The notes beneath the pieces are model-generated. The model was given only the letters and a program-made list of their open reading frames with translations. It did not search any database and was not told the origin of the DNA. The translations under genes and the position numbers were made by a program. A stretch of DNA of 63,523 nucleotides, the filler included, from Choristocarpus tenellus KU-1152 (lineage: Eukaryota; Protista; Phaeophyceae), in NCBI GenBank assembly GCA_964200185.2. It is 11 parts of 11 records of this genome, joined end to end, with 100 filler letters (N's around TTAATTAATTAA, not from the genome) between each part and the next. Parts side by side here need not be neighbours in the genome. Positions count along the whole stretch, not along the records: positions 1 to 8,596 come from CAXNAD020004549.1; positions 8,697 to 12,787 come from CAXNAD020016271.1; 9 more parts are not named here. One strand, given 5' to 3'. Below are positions 1 through 12,400 of the stretch, piece by piece. The first letter of the stretch is position 1. Every line of letters begins with the position of its first letter.

Positions 1-845
1 GTCTTGGAATCAGAAGAGGTGAGAACCTAGTGCCCCACACCTGTGCACACCCCCAAGCTGTGAATGCTTGTTTTATGCCTGTCCCCATTTGACCTGGCCC
101 TGTAGCCACGGTTGAAATCAAGCAGAAGTTGTGCCTGCTCTTGGGCTTATTGCCAGCAGGATTGGGGTTTTTTACTGTGATGTACTAATACAATTATTAG
201 TAATTTCTAGCTAGTAGGCTCTATGAAACCCTGTGAGTGACAGTAGGAAGTAGTCAAGTGTTGTGGAATGGGGGAAGGAGAGGTATAATATATATCACCG
301 GTTCAAATGTGTTCTTTTATGTGCCTTTAAAGCTGGCTTGTTTGCCCACTGCCCTAAACCAATTCTTACATCTCTTATTTGTTTGCTCTGTTGCATTTCT
401 TGCTATGGTTGAACATGTGAGAGCAGTATTTTCTATCCATTATACACCTCATGATACATCTTGTAATAATAAAACGTAATAATTGTTAACATTTCTGACA
501 TTCTGCAGGCAATGTTGTGGAGGAGATAAAGAAGATCAACAATAGAAGGCAACAAGCAATATCCTTTGTGCTTTGAAGTATTGTTGAATTATAATAATAG
601 TAATAGTGGCGGTGGAGTAGAAAGTGTAGTGGTTACAAGAGTATGCTGTGGTACATAAAGGTACAATGGTTGTGATTGGCTCTTGCACAACATGTAGAAG
701 ACCTAATCTGCATCTGAGGTGATTTTAAAATATACTTATTCACCCAACTCTTCTGTCTTGTGTACAAATGGGGCACCCACTTCTCTTTGGTGATGGCTCT
801 GGCGGTGGTGATCATGGCTCTGGTGGCCGTTGTTACAACATACAG

Positions 846-3800
846 ATGTGGTTGGTGGAGTTCTTTGCCCCCTGGTGTGGACACTGCAAGCAATTGGCAC
901 CAGAATGGGCATCGGCAGCATCCCAGTTGCAGGGAACTATCAATGTGAGATGGGATGGGGGAGGGGGAGGGGGAGGGGGGGTGATAATACAGCTGGACAG
1001 CAGAAGTCAGGGAGGTTGTTGTGCTGAAGGTGAAGAGGAACACTACCACCCACCCCCGGCCATTTCCCTTGAGCAAGGTCTATAATGGTGATATGTTGGT
1101 GTTGATACTGTTTTCATCTTTTTTTGGAATGGGCTGATATTGCATCCAACATGGATTTTTCCTCTGTGAACTGGCTGATACGAGACTGGATGACACAGAA
1201 CCTTGACATCTCTAGGCCTACATTGACATTTGAATACTGAAACACAAGTGTAAAACAAACGTGTCTTGTTCATGTCTGCAGCTTGGTGCAGTTGATGCCA
1301 CTGCAGAGGAGGATCTTGCCCGCCAGTACGGAGTTGGAGGTTATCCTACCATCAAGGTTTTCTTACCTGGATCAAAGGGGGGACCACCGGAGGACTACAA
1401 TGGGCCTCGTGAAGCGGCTGGAATTGTCCAGGTCTCCTTGGAGGCAAGTTAGTTGAGATGGGAATGAAGGGCGTAATTGTAGTAGTAAGTACTGGAGCTT
1501 TTTATTTTTGATATTCCAGGTTGAAGCACGGGCAGTTTTGGTTGGTGGTATGGAATGAATATGATATGCAAGAAAAACGTTGCACTTTACTTTTAGTGTA
1601 CCTTATTCCTTCAAAAGAAACCTTTGTACCTTCATGCCTTCTTGCCAACCCCCAACACCTTTCAGTAGGCAGAGTCAGAAATTCTGCAGATTTTTCGGGG
1701 AGACTGTTCACAAGTCAAAAAGTTGCACCTGTTTATTTCAATGTACAGAAGCATATACGTTGGAGACAACCTTCGTCTACTCCTTACTCTTCCTCTTTAT
1801 CATTTCCTCTTCCCTTCTATGTATTATACCCTTTTTTGACACAGTTCTCCCTCTTGTCCTAACCCTATCCTGATGATCAAATAAAAAAAATGAAATATCC
1901 AGATGTTGGAGAGGACAGGATGGACACCTGGAGTGGCACAGCTCACAGACAAGAGCCTTGTGGCCAAGAAGTGCAAAGGCTCCAAGATTTGTGTAATTGC
2001 TGCACTGCCTCATATTCTGGACACAAGGAAGGCAGGGAGGTAAGAAATATTGCCATGATTTTTGTAAATGGAGATATGAGGGGTTTTGGGATATACATTT
2101 TTTTATCATGTGTATATAAACTGCATATTCTGAATGAGTAGAGCCACCATTGTGTGTCTTTTCTATGACACAGGGGTCATGCTGTATTTATTTTTTTCAA
2201 AGCTGGGTTTCAGACTGCACGTATGTATGCTGTGCATGAGGTAGGTTGGTTGATGTGTACACAACCTTGACAAGGGAGAATAGAGGAAGCACCCTCTGTT
2301 AGGTGATTTTGTGGGAGAACTTTGTTAAATGTATCATAGTTGCTCTGTGTCCTGCTACCAGTACTGTATAGTGCATATGGTATATAATGTGCTTGGAGAG
2401 ATGTTTTGGGGCATGTTCATGGTATATATTTTGTGTGTGTTCCTTTTTGTTTTATCGTTCTTGATCTGTTCATGCCTACACAACCTCCAATCTGCCCCCC
2501 TTTGTTAACAACTAGAATGCTTGAATCGTTGCAGTCTAGCCTTTGAAGCTGTGAACCTTTGTAGCTCGTGCCACCCATCCCATCAATATGCTCCTATTTG
2601 ATGGCATAACAGAGAGGAGTACCTGGAGAAGGTGAAGGCAGGGGCCAAGAAGTCAAAGAACCCTTACCTGAGCCTGATGTGGAGTGAAGGTGGGGCGCAA
2701 CTTGCTCTGGAGGAGGCTACAGGACTGACATTTGGGTTCCCTGCCCTGGTTGCTATTAGTGTGGACAAGAAGGTAGGGCATGGTGCCATTCTTAGTGGTT
2801 GGTTTTCTTACTGATATCAAAGTCAACACACCATCCCCCCCCTATCCTCATCCCCCTTCAATAGCCCTGTTATTCCACCAGTTGATAATTGCAGACCGTT
2901 CCATTAGCAATCACAGTGTTTGAGACACTTCATTGTAGGTAATAAAACCCCTGTTCTTTTTTTTGTTTTCCCACCACCCCTCCGTTCCCTGACTCTTGAC
3001 TTAGGATTGGTTCATTCACTATTAATAGTATACAGTTGTGTAACTCTGTTCACTGCACTCCCCCCTGTTGTTTCAAACACGTCTTTATACCCATATGCTT
3101 CAATCATGGCATGTTGGGCTTGTGTCTAACAGGCTTACGCAGTTCACGTAGGGGCCTTTAGTGTGGATGGTATAGCATCCTTCCTGGGAGGTCTGACAAC
3201 AGGGAGCACAAAGACAAAGCCATTGGACAAGATCCCAGCGATTGTCACTGTTGAGGTGGGGCTGAATGATTCTGATTGGTGATTGGGTGAGGTCTTCTAA
3301 GTTGTTCTTGGGGTGGTATGTGAGTCAATTGAGAGTCCAAACTTAGGGTTGGGATTGGGGTTAGGGTTGTGGCTTGTCAAATCCGAGAGCAAGTACTGTG
3401 TACATTTTAGCGCAATTTCAATTGTCTTTTCCAGTGTAAGAAACCTCTTCATTTATGGCTGTGCACATATTGATTTAAATGTGGGATCTATTACAAAATA
3501 AGTACCGACCTAACTGTCTTGTTTGGGACTGTTTTCGGTCACACTGGTAGAGTGTGCACATGAGAATGCTCACGCTTTGGGCGGTCTTGTGTTGTAGTTG
3601 CATCTATGCAGGGGTGAAAGGAAGAGCAAATTTGAGGGTTGGAGGGTGACCTTGTGAATTCAAAACCTTCGGACTGTTCTTCACAAGACAATATAAGTAG
3701 AGAGTACATGACACTGTCAACAAAAATATTTTGCTGCAACAGAGTGACAAAAGTGGTAGTCGTTATTGATTATGGGTAGAGGATAATTGCAACCTTTTGT

Positions 3801-4559
3801 ATGGGGAACGTAAGCAGGAAGAAATGTTCCAACTGAAGAAGGGACTAGTTGTGCATGGGCATAATATTGTGTTGTTAGTGAAGAGTATTCTCGGTGCATG
3901 CAAAAAGGTAGCTTTAATAGATCGATATACTTGACTTCAATCGAAACATCCACACTAGAGAGTTGCACAATACACAAATTGAGGCATTTGAAACGCTGAG
4001 CTTTGGGAGCAGATATCACATATTTCCGTTTTTGTTGCCATTTTTGGATGATTGACCTGATGGTTGCTTTTCAACTGTCCTACTAGTAACGATCCTTTGT
4101 GAATTATGGAGAGGAAAGGAGGGAGGAAGGGGATAAGCCGTGTTGTACTTGCAGCAGCATTTCCCCTCTTTTCTATCCAGTTAGGGTTAGGGTGTTTTTT
4201 TGGTTGTGATATTGTTGTGTCATGGTAGTAGCGGTACTTGTAAAACGGTACAGCTGTCAGTCTGTAGTATGTCTTACCACATCATTGCATCCTTCTTGCC
4301 AACAGTCCTCTCCCTTGGAGCCAGGACATCAAGTCAATGCCATTACACTTTGTACTGCATTGCCATTACCATACTTGGCCTTCAGACTCCTACTACATAC
4401 ACAAAACATTCCAATTTCCCACTTCCCTTCCCTCCCCCATCCATCCTGGACCTTGGTGTAATCCCAACGTCACTTCTGCAGCCTTGGGATGAGAAGGATG
4501 CTCAAGTGGTTGAAGAAGAGTTCAGTTTGGAGGATCTGTTTGATGATGAGGAGCTGTGA
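846..4559 (+). CDS. PDIA6: Protein disulfide-isomerase A6/P5-like, 3' portion (6 exons; 5' exons lie outside the window)
   Basis: Exons: 846-944 ([20 protein letters not shown], thioredoxin WCGHC site), 1282-1443 (LGAVDAT...[12 protein letters not shown]...DYNGPR), 1903-2039 ([13 protein letters not shown]), 2613-2772 ([12 protein letters not shown]...FGFPALVAI), 3133-3255 and 4482-4559 (PWDEKD...DDEEL*). All splice phases are compatible. LPHILD and the PWD plus acidic tail are typical of P5/PDIA6, and DEEL resembles an ER-retention signal. Confidence 0.93.
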
Positions 4560-4609
4560 GGTCTCACCCATGCCCCACCCTTCTTCACTGCACACGTACT
4601 ACTATATCT

Positions 4610-4636
4610 GCTCCTCCTCCTCCTCCTCCTCCTCCT
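4610..4636. repeat. (CTC)n microsatellite in the PDI 3' UTR
   Basis: Run of ctcctcctc just after the stop codon. Confidence 0.85.
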
Positions 4637-6179
4637 GATGTGCTCGATGAGAGGCATACTTGTGGACAAAATTTCCTGGTTGAAAATTCCATTATTGGCT
4701 TACTGCAAACAGTGCACCTCCCCTGTACCCTTTACCTTGGAGGGCTTGAATTTCGGTAGGGGTTTCCCAGAGGGTGTACTTGGTAGGTGTGAGGAAATGA
4801 AGCAATAGTGGGCACCTGATACCAACTGATTCCATCTTGCAACCCACTCCAGTTTTGTAGCTTTGACTGTGGCATGTTTGGTGTGATAATCGTACTTTTG
4901 ACCTCTGTGATGTCAAGATTGAATTGGTGGGTATTGTCTATGTGATAGGGTGGGACGGATTTGGTAAGAATGAAGGTGGAGTGTGTTGTGCTTGGACCTT
5001 AACTACAAATTCTGCACTTGTCTGGAGTACAAAGTGAGAATCATGTAGTGGTGCTGAATGGTTGTGCTAAGAGTCCAAAACTGGTTGCGAGTGGAGAATT
5101 GCTAGAAGCAAGGTCAGCCGTTAGCAGCTAGAAGAAGGGTGGATTGGGGAGAGTTGGGGAAACTACTTTGACTGGCGGTACTTGAAGAAGTAGGTAGCTC
5201 CTGTGTGGTCTAGCTTTATTTTTTCTGGCTGTATCTCTTGTCTTGTTGATATTGTCTTTGTTTCAGGTGGCAACTGATGGCTGCCCTTGTAAGGCCTTGG
5301 GTTTGGATGTTTCTCCCACAGAGTTGGGAGCATTCAGAAACCTTTCACCTCTCTTTTTGTTTTGTGCATAGTAATAGTAGAAGTGTTGATTGGTTGACTT
5401 CTCTTCAAAAAATAGCATGTGAGGTATATGTTTGTAAGCTTTGCCCTCACTACGTTATCTGACACAAATTTACAAGCACTTGCTGTATGGGAATGAGTTG
5501 TTGCAATAGACCAAATACCTCAACGTATTTCAATTCTTGAGGTGACACTATAGATGGAGCAGGATTGACCCTAAGCACAAGAAGTAGCATATTCAGGTGT
5601 GTTTTTATTTTATTTGTGGAGTTGTCCACTTTTGACTCTGTGGTGCTCTGTGGCACCATTGAGTCTGTCTCACAAGTGTGTTCTTCAACTTAATATGAAC
5701 AAGAGAAACATTGAACAAATAAATGCCTACTGGTAGTCTTCGCATTGGTTGAGGTGTGGTGGTAGCTTCCCCCAACTTCTGTCTCTGATATGTTATTCTA
5801 ATCCTCATTACAGCATACGTCTTTCCACCAAACAACATAATAAGAAGTGTTCTTGAAGCATACTCACATATATTTTACGCCCAACTCCCCAACCTTCCCA
5901 TGGCATGATCATGCACTCACTCCCCTATCACTAATCTTACAGCAAGAGCAACTGACAGCAAGTGGACTACTCATCACTACAAATACTTGGTTGTCCCAAT
6001 TCCTGTGACACACGCATCTGGTACCTGTAGACTTTTAGTTACCCTCAACCTCTACTACTAGTGACAACTGCCTTACGCATTCCCATTTGATTGATATATC
6101 TCTAACACACCATCTGTGATACGCCCCTCGTCCCTGTCCACTTCATAGCTCGAGCACCAGGATATGGACATGCGGTGGC

Positions 6180-7640
6180 TGGCGTTTGAAAGAGGGTACC
6201 TCCTCCCCCTCAACCACTTCTCTGTGGGGTGTTCTTCAGGTCTTTTCTTCATACCAGATCCACATGATCTCACTGCCTTGCCCTGCACCCCTTCCCTTGG
6301 GCTTGCGTGGTTGGCTCCACTACCCTTCCACCAGTTGGGCCTCTTAGTCCTGTCCAACATTTTTCATGCGGACTTTGACTCTGCAGTTCCAATTTCTCCC
6401 TTCTTTGCACTGGAATCCGATGTTCTTTTCTGCCGGCACCTTCTCAGGATCCTTTGCCTCTTGTTACTCGGATCCAGTTCTACATTTAGATGGTGTCCTC
6501 CATAACAGTTCCTGTCTTTCTCGGGTTCCATGTACTTTCTCATGAGCTTTTTTCTGTGCCTTGAGAGAATCACCCACCCCCGCCACCCCTGCATTCTCAC
6601 TTTGACCACTTTTTGTTTCAAAATCAGGGAGTATCCATGGCTGAGAAGTTCCCCTTGCAGTCGAGCAGCTGTCTGTCAGACGTACAGATTCATGCTGATA
6701 CGACAATCTACAACTATTATTTTTGAAGGAGTTAAACTTTCCACTTGGAGTTCTCATTGCACAGTACATAGATGTATCTAATGTTGAAGTGGTCCTTGGG
6801 GTTTGTGTCCGCATCTCCGAGGAGAAGAACAATCCATTATTAACACCTTACTCGTGGCGGCAATGTGATAAAGAAATGTTCGTCCACTTTGAAGTGTTGA
6901 GCTAATATGCCTCAAGTGTGGATATTAATGGAGAAAAGATTCTGTCCTGGTGCCGAAAAGAGAAAGAATGTGGAAATCTTGAGGAGCATTTTGTCTTAGA
7001 AGATGTCGATCTTAATGTGAAGGATCGTTTTGTCCTTACACCCGTTCGTGTTGAGTACGCAGAGCATTCAAAGTGGAAAGTTCAAATTTTGTTGCGGATG
7101 GGGTGCTTTGTCATTCATCTCTAGTGGATGACTGATAGAGAACTTTTTCGGCCATCATGGGTGCTACCTTTAGTTGAAAGGAAAAGTGTACTAAGCGAGG
7201 ACGTGGGGGTGGCAATGCTGGGTGATTCCCTCAAGGCATGGGGTAAAGCTCACGAGGTAAAGCTCAAGACAAACCACATGAAAGCTGACAGAGGCAAGAA
7301 CTGCCAAGGGACACAAGACTGAATCGTACAAATGGATCGGTGTATCAAAGGGCCAAGGATCTTGAGAAGGTGTTGGGAAGCAGTTCAGTGCAAAGATGTG
7401 AGTCATGGGAACTGCAGAGTTAAAGTCCACATGAAGATTGTTGGACGAGACTAGAGACCCAACTGGAGAAAGGGTGATGGGGCCAACCACGCAGGTCCAA
7501 GGGATGGGATGCTGGGCGAGAGAATGCGATGGGGTTGGTTGGCACGGAGAAAAGACCTGAAGAGCACACCACAGAGAAGTGCTTGAAGGTGAGGAGGTAC
7601 AGCGGCCAGATCTCCTCACATCCTGGTTGCTGGAGCATAA
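6180..7640. mobile_element. Two diverged, inverted copies of a degenerate retroelement gag-like segment
   Basis: About 6180-6870 (minus) and 6930-7640 (plus) are reverse-complement homologs, e.g. rc(6200-6247) GAAAAGACCTGAAGAACACCCCACAGAGAAGTGG vs ~7550 GAAAAGACCTGAAGAGCACACCACAGAGAAGTGC. Both carry a decayed zinc-knuckle-like stretch (FQCKEG../QCKDVSH.GTAE). Confidence 0.5.
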
Positions 7641-8121
7641 CGGAGCAGGGTGGGGTGTGGTGGGCACAACATGAACATGAGTAACTTGGGTGCTGTCGTG
7701 AAATTTGTGATTGAGAGAGCACCATCATATGTCTTCCAAAACATTGTGTTGTGCTTGTGATTTTATGCTTGATGGTAGCACTGGAAGATGTATCGAGCAA
7801 CACCTTGTATGAATTGGACCAGCTGTCACTGGTGTAGTGTAAGATATCCTTCTTTTCACGTTCAGCAGAGGGTGTCTTGTGAGCCTCCATACCTCCTTGT
7901 CTTCACTACAGAAAAATAACAGTACCTTCCAAGGTAAATTGCACAGATTATGAACCTTAGTAGTATGAAGACTGATCTGAAGTCACTTCTCTTCTGGATG
8001 GGGGCAACAGGAAGGTCATTGAAGACCTGGTCCACTTGGAGACAGTCGTTGATAGGCCACTCTGGGGGAAATTGTACGAGATCACCACAGGGGGTGCCGA
8101 GATTCCTGAAACCCCCTACGA

Positions 8122-8596
8122 TCACCTCGGGACAGGCAGTGCGCACGGCACATGCCGGATATCGGCCAGGTACTTCTTGAAGGCTTCGGCGGCATCCGAC
8201 TTTGCACGAAGGAAATACAACCAAACAAAACGAGAATAATCGTCCCGGATTATCATGGTGTATTGCTTACCACCGATTGAAAGGGTAGCCCTCTTCCCAC
8301 TTAAGTCGACAAAAACCCGATCCAGCTTTCTTACCGCCCTTGTAGACGTGCTGGACCGAACGCCCTTCCGTATGCCCTTGCTCATAGAGCAGCCCGCACA
8401 TGGCTCCAGCTCACCCACCAATGTAATGCCCATTGAAGTGGCGGTGGACTTGATCAATGCCTCGTGTGCGTGGCCATAAGAGCGGTGGAAGAGGTTAATG
8501 TCGACGTTGGTGTGGGGAGCGTGGGGTGCAAGCGAGGGGGCTATAGTGGCCTTTAAAGCAAGTTCAGCATTTCGATTTAGTCGCGGCAATATGCGT
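8122..8596 (-). mobile_element. Ty1/copia pol fragment (GAG-pre-integrase plus start of the integrase core), cut by the contig end
   Basis: LFHRSYGH...CAGCSMSKG (HHCC zinc finger), then KLDRVFVDLSG and YTMIIRDDYSRFVWLYFLRAKSDAAEAFKKYLAD, the canonical copia rve motifs. Confidence 0.9.
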
Positions 8597-8696
8597 NNNN
8601 NNNNNNNNNNNNNNNNNNNNNNNNNNNNNNNNNNNNNNNNTTAATTAATTAANNNNNNNNNNNNNNNNNNNNNNNNNNNNNNNNNNNNNNNNNNNN
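8597..8696. other. Artificial contig spacer N44-TTAATTAATTAA-N44 (1 of 10)
   Basis: The same 100-nt spacer recurs at 12788-12887, 25071-25170, 31692-31791, 38953-39052, 42584-42683, 48423-48522, 51259-51358, 56089-56188 and 60397-60496. The 12-mer puts stops in all six frames. Confidence 0.97.
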
Positions 8697-8835
8697 GTCA
8701 ATTTTTTTATTTTTCTATTGTTGTGTTAATTTGGTTGCATATGTCGGATGGATAATATAAATTCACTTTTGCAGATTTTGATCCAAATGGACACCCTGGT
8801 TTAGACCTCACTCCCCTCCCAGATTCTTTGGGTCA
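8697..8835 (-). mobile_element. MITE family A, partial copy at contig start
   Basis: Reverse complement of the 47205 and 51442 copies (CCAAATGGACACCCTGG...CCCAGATTCTTTGGGTC). Confidence 0.75.
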
Positions 8836-8909
8836 CTCTTTGTACACACTGAGATGAAGTTGACATAATTACCAACACACCGAAGCACTTTGAAGCACCT
8901 AAAAATACC

Positions 8910-9172
8910 AAATCAAGGCATTTAAGAGGGTAGGGCCGCGTCTGTCCGGGGTCAAAAATCCAACGTTGAGATATTGATAAAATTTTAGCTATCGTGTTTG
9001 TTAGCAAGTGTCAATATCCTTGTTCCGGACACACCTTTTCAGAACGTACACGTCTTACCTACTCCGAAACATTCTGGAATAGGTAAAATGCCATTAAAAA
9101 CCCGTGGGAAGCTAAGCCTCAGACGGACAAACAGGGCAAAAATCGTACCCTAACCCTAAGATACTTTCACTC
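8910..9172 (+). mobile_element. MITE family B copy (degenerate left end)
   Basis: Colinear with 9442-9706 and 12141-12400 (GTGTCAATATCCTTGTTCCGGACACACCTTTTC; GGACAAACAGGGCAAAA). Right end is AAGATACTTTCACTC. Confidence 0.8.
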
Positions 9173-9237
9173 TGAGGTACACCTGCCCGAGATTAGTTTA
9201 CTCATGACTTCATTAGTGACCGAAACGAAGTGAGTTA

Positions 9238-9293
9238 TAAATAAAATGAAATAAAATAAAATGAAATAAATAAAATGAAATAAATAAATAAAT
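9238..9293. repeat. (AAATA/AAATG)n microsatellite
   Basis: Run of taaaataaaatgaaataaaa-type units. Confidence 0.8.
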
Positions 9294-9441
9294 ACATTAA
9301 TGTTCAATATCATTTGAGATCGCCCAGAACGTTTAAGGAGCCTCCTCGAAGCAGCAAAAAATTATATGTTTTGGAGGTTACAAAAATTGTTCAAATTTCA
9401 TCCGTATAACAAACTCTCACACAGCAGTATTGGAGAGAAGA

Positions 9442-9706
9442 GAGTAAAAATATCTCAGGGTTAGGGTAGAGCCGCATCCATTTAGGAGTTAAAATCCAAT
9501 ATTGTGATTTTGATGCAATTTTGGCTATCCTGTTTGTTAGGAAGTGTCAATATCCTTGTTCCGGACACACCTTTTCATGATGTATATATTGTACCTACTC
9601 CGAAACATTTTGGAGTAGGAAAATGTCATAAAAAAAAGAAGATGGGAAGCCAAGCCCCAAATGGACAAACAGGGCAAAACTCGTACCCTCTAAGATACTT
9701 TTACTC
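9442..9706 (+). mobile_element. MITE family B, full length, 4-bp TSD AAGA
   Basis: Ends GAGTAAAAATATCT...AGATACTTTTACTC, flanked by AAGA at 9438-9441 and 9707-9710. Confidence 0.85.
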
Positions 9707-10472
9707 AAGAAAAAGAGGATTTTTGTGTTCAAAAAATGAAAAAATTGTCTGCATTTTTCTAAAAAAAGAGCAGTATGCACCATAGTTTGACAGAAAAGCA
9801 GAAAAGGTGCCTTAGCTCTGCTAATGTGGAAAACAGAAAAAAAATCTCATACGTAACACATTCCGAAAAAATGGTAACGTTTCCAACAGGGCATGAGTGT
9901 CTCAATACCCTTATATGAATATAAATATAAATATAAATGTAAATATAAATATATATAATCCATCAGTAAAAAGTATCACCTTCCCGGCACTTGAAAAATA
10001 AATAAAGAGTTGCACACGAAAGAGTAACAGGCAGAACGAATAAAAAAACATTAATCCAAAAAATAAACAATACATAAACATTAAAATATCAATAAATGCA
10101 TGTAGTGTCCAGAAACTCTACGATGCGCTCGAAACAAATCAATTGCCAAAAAAAACCGTAATCAAAACAAAAAAAAAGCTAACAAACGTAAACACACACA
10201 CACACACACACAATAAAAATAAGTTAGGAAATGTTCTGTCCTCCGCCTTTGTTTTCTTCCATCCCATCCAGCAAAATCTCTCTTTGCCTGCAAACGCCTC
10301 CGCTTATGCCCCCATTTGAGGAGCAAACATCAGCCTGCACTGTACATGAAACGCACGTGTCCTCCTCTGGTTCTCATGGAAAGTTTGTTATTGCCATTCT
10401 CTTCGCCAAACTAATAGATAGACTCCCACGAACCCCTTCGTCTCGCAGGGTCACACTTTCCCCATCCCACAA

Positions 10473-11474
10473 TTGCCACGGGCAGCACGTAAGCCCTCCT
10501 GGGGTTTCTACAATAAGATTCGAGGCGTGCGTAAACCCTCCTGGGGTATCTGCAGTAAGATTCGGGGGGTATGTAAACCCTCCTGGGGCTTTCACAACCA
10601 GATTCGGACGCAGACACGTGGGTGTGTACAGCCCTATCCTAAGACGCTCTGCGCAAAGCTCAGGAAGAAATTGGTTCGAGGTAGAAAGATTGCTCTGAAG
10701 GTTAAGTGCCAGTATTCTGAGCTCCAGAGAGACCTGGCCTTCGTGCTGGCGAGGTTTCGATCATGCGAGTCTGAGCTAGAGGAGACCAAGGTTAAGCACA
10801 AGGAAGAGACAGATGCCTTGCGGAATGAGCTCGAGGTCTCCAAGCGTCAGGCATCGAAGGCGTTGCATGACCTGGAGGCGTACCAGCAGGAGAAGGACGG
10901 GGAGATGAGAAAGTGCTCTGGGGTAAACGTTAAGGCAGTGAATGAGGAGTTGTTATCACTCAAAGAAGTCGGCGTTGGTCTCAAGCATGTGGGGGTAGTC
11001 CATGGGTTTGATGCGATGGCAGGTAACTATTGCTGCCAAGATCTGAGAACGCCGCAAGGCTCCAATGCACAAGTAGTTGCTGTGGGACTTGCTCTCGATG
11101 ATGTAGAGCGGGGTCTGCACCAAGATCCCCCTAAGGCTCCCCAGTGGGTGTCTCCTCTTGCAGTTGACACTGCACTCCTACCTTTTGCCAAGGCGAAGAG
11201 TGATAATGTGATGGGGGCATCAAACGGAGGCCAGGTGCAACAGTGTGCAGGGCAAGGTGTTGGATGTCGGAGCAAATCTTATCGTTTGGAGAGGGATACA
11301 CCGCAGGGCAAGGTGTTGTCGGTAGGAATGGAGAGGAATGGTACCGTGCTGGAAGAGGGGAGAGCTCAGGTAGCAGCTTCGACTGATGAACCGGAGGTGA
11401 GGAAATGGATGAACGGTCTTGGGAGGGGAGCCATTGGAGTAGAATATTGTGGGTACTTTCTGTTCGTGTTATAG
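10473..11474 (+). CDS. Intronless ORF, coiled-coil/low-complexity hypothetical protein; may be frameshifted against upstream ORF 10231-10698
   Basis: 333-codon open frame with a heptad-like stretch (YSELQRDLAFVLARFRSCESELEETKVKHKEETDALRNELE). No ATG start in frame and no recognisable domain. Confidence 0.35.
   Translation: MPRAARKPSWGFYNKIRGVRKPSWGICSKIRGVCKPSWGFHNQIRTQTRGCVQPYPKTLCAKLRKKLVRGRKIALKVKCQYSELQRDLAFVLARFRSCESELEETKVKHKEETDALRNELEVSKRQASKALHDLEAYQQEKDGEMRKCSGVNVKAVNEELLSLKEVGVGLKHVGVVHGFDAMAGNYCCQDLRTPQGSNAQVVAVGLALDDVERGLHQDPPKAPQWVSPLAVDTALLPFAKAKSDNVMGASNGGQVQQCAGQGVGCRSKSYRLERDTPQGKVLSVGMERNGTVLEEGRAQVAASTDEPEVRKWMNGLGRGAIGVEYCGYFLFVL
10489..10607. repeat. 42-bp tandem repeat, about 2.8 copies
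   Basis: GTAA(G/A)CCCTCCTGGGG...AGATTCG units start at 10489, 10531 and 10573. Confidence 0.85.
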
Positions 11475-12140
11475 TAGGGCCAAAAGGGCGTGGAACACTT
11501 CTTCTCAGTGTATGGAATACTGGTGTTTCCAGGTCATTATGTGCATCATACTACCAAACAGCAAGGATACTCATCTTCTTAGCAAACATGTACAGACTCC
11601 AGTCAGTTGACGTGTTATGGCCATGCTACACCTGTAGTAGAAGAGATTTAAATTTTATCCTCTGCAAGTCTCCCCTTTGCTTGATCCGGATAATACAGTA
11701 GTGGGAAACATGCCTGTCGCGAATCTCTGAAAGGGGGAGAAGAGTTGATGTGGGCCTGCACATAGGGAGAGACTCAAGAATGATGAATTATAGTACCACC
11801 ATGGTTGTCGTGGCCCTCTTACTTTTTTATTCCAAACGTTGTTGTTGGCTCCTCCACCGTTATGAACACTCATGTCTGTCACCTCTAGATTAGGGCAGGG
11901 TGCTCGTGCACTTCCATTCTTGGGCTGTTGTGTCCTCTTTTTTTTTGTGGAAAAAAGAAACCTATGCTCTGTAGTTAATAAATTGTTCTCTACTTCTTGA
12001 GTCTTAATTCATTTTGACTCAAGAATCACTTTTTTCCTTTGCACGGTGGGACTATCGACACCTATCTAGAACTGTCAATAGAAAACACTATCTCAATGTA
12101 TGTTTTCAACAGATAACTTTGTTGCATGAGGGTCCAATGA

Positions 12141-12400
12141 GGGTCGAAGTATCTTAGAGGGTAGAGCCGCGTCTGTTTGGGGGCAAGAATCCAATGTTCT
12201 GATTTTGATGTAGTTTTGGCTATAGTGTTAGCCAGGAAGTGTCAAGATCCTTGTTCCAGACACGCCTTTTTGATAAGGTATACATTTTGCCCACTCTGAA
12301 ACAATTAGGAGTAGGTAAATGTCATAAAAAAAACTGTGGGAAGCCAAGCCCCCAACGGACAAAGAGGGCAAAACTCGTACCCCCTAAGATATTTTCACTC
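12141..12400 (+). mobile_element. MITE family B, full length, 4-bp TSD ATGA
   Basis: Ends GGGTCGAAGTATCTTAG...CTAAGATATTTTCACTC, flanked by ATGA at 12137-12140 and 12401-12404. Confidence 0.85.

Noticed and set aside
8641-8652. TTAATTAATTAA as a biological palindrome or recurring site
   Set aside because: It always sits between exactly 44 Ns on each side, so it is an assembly linker.
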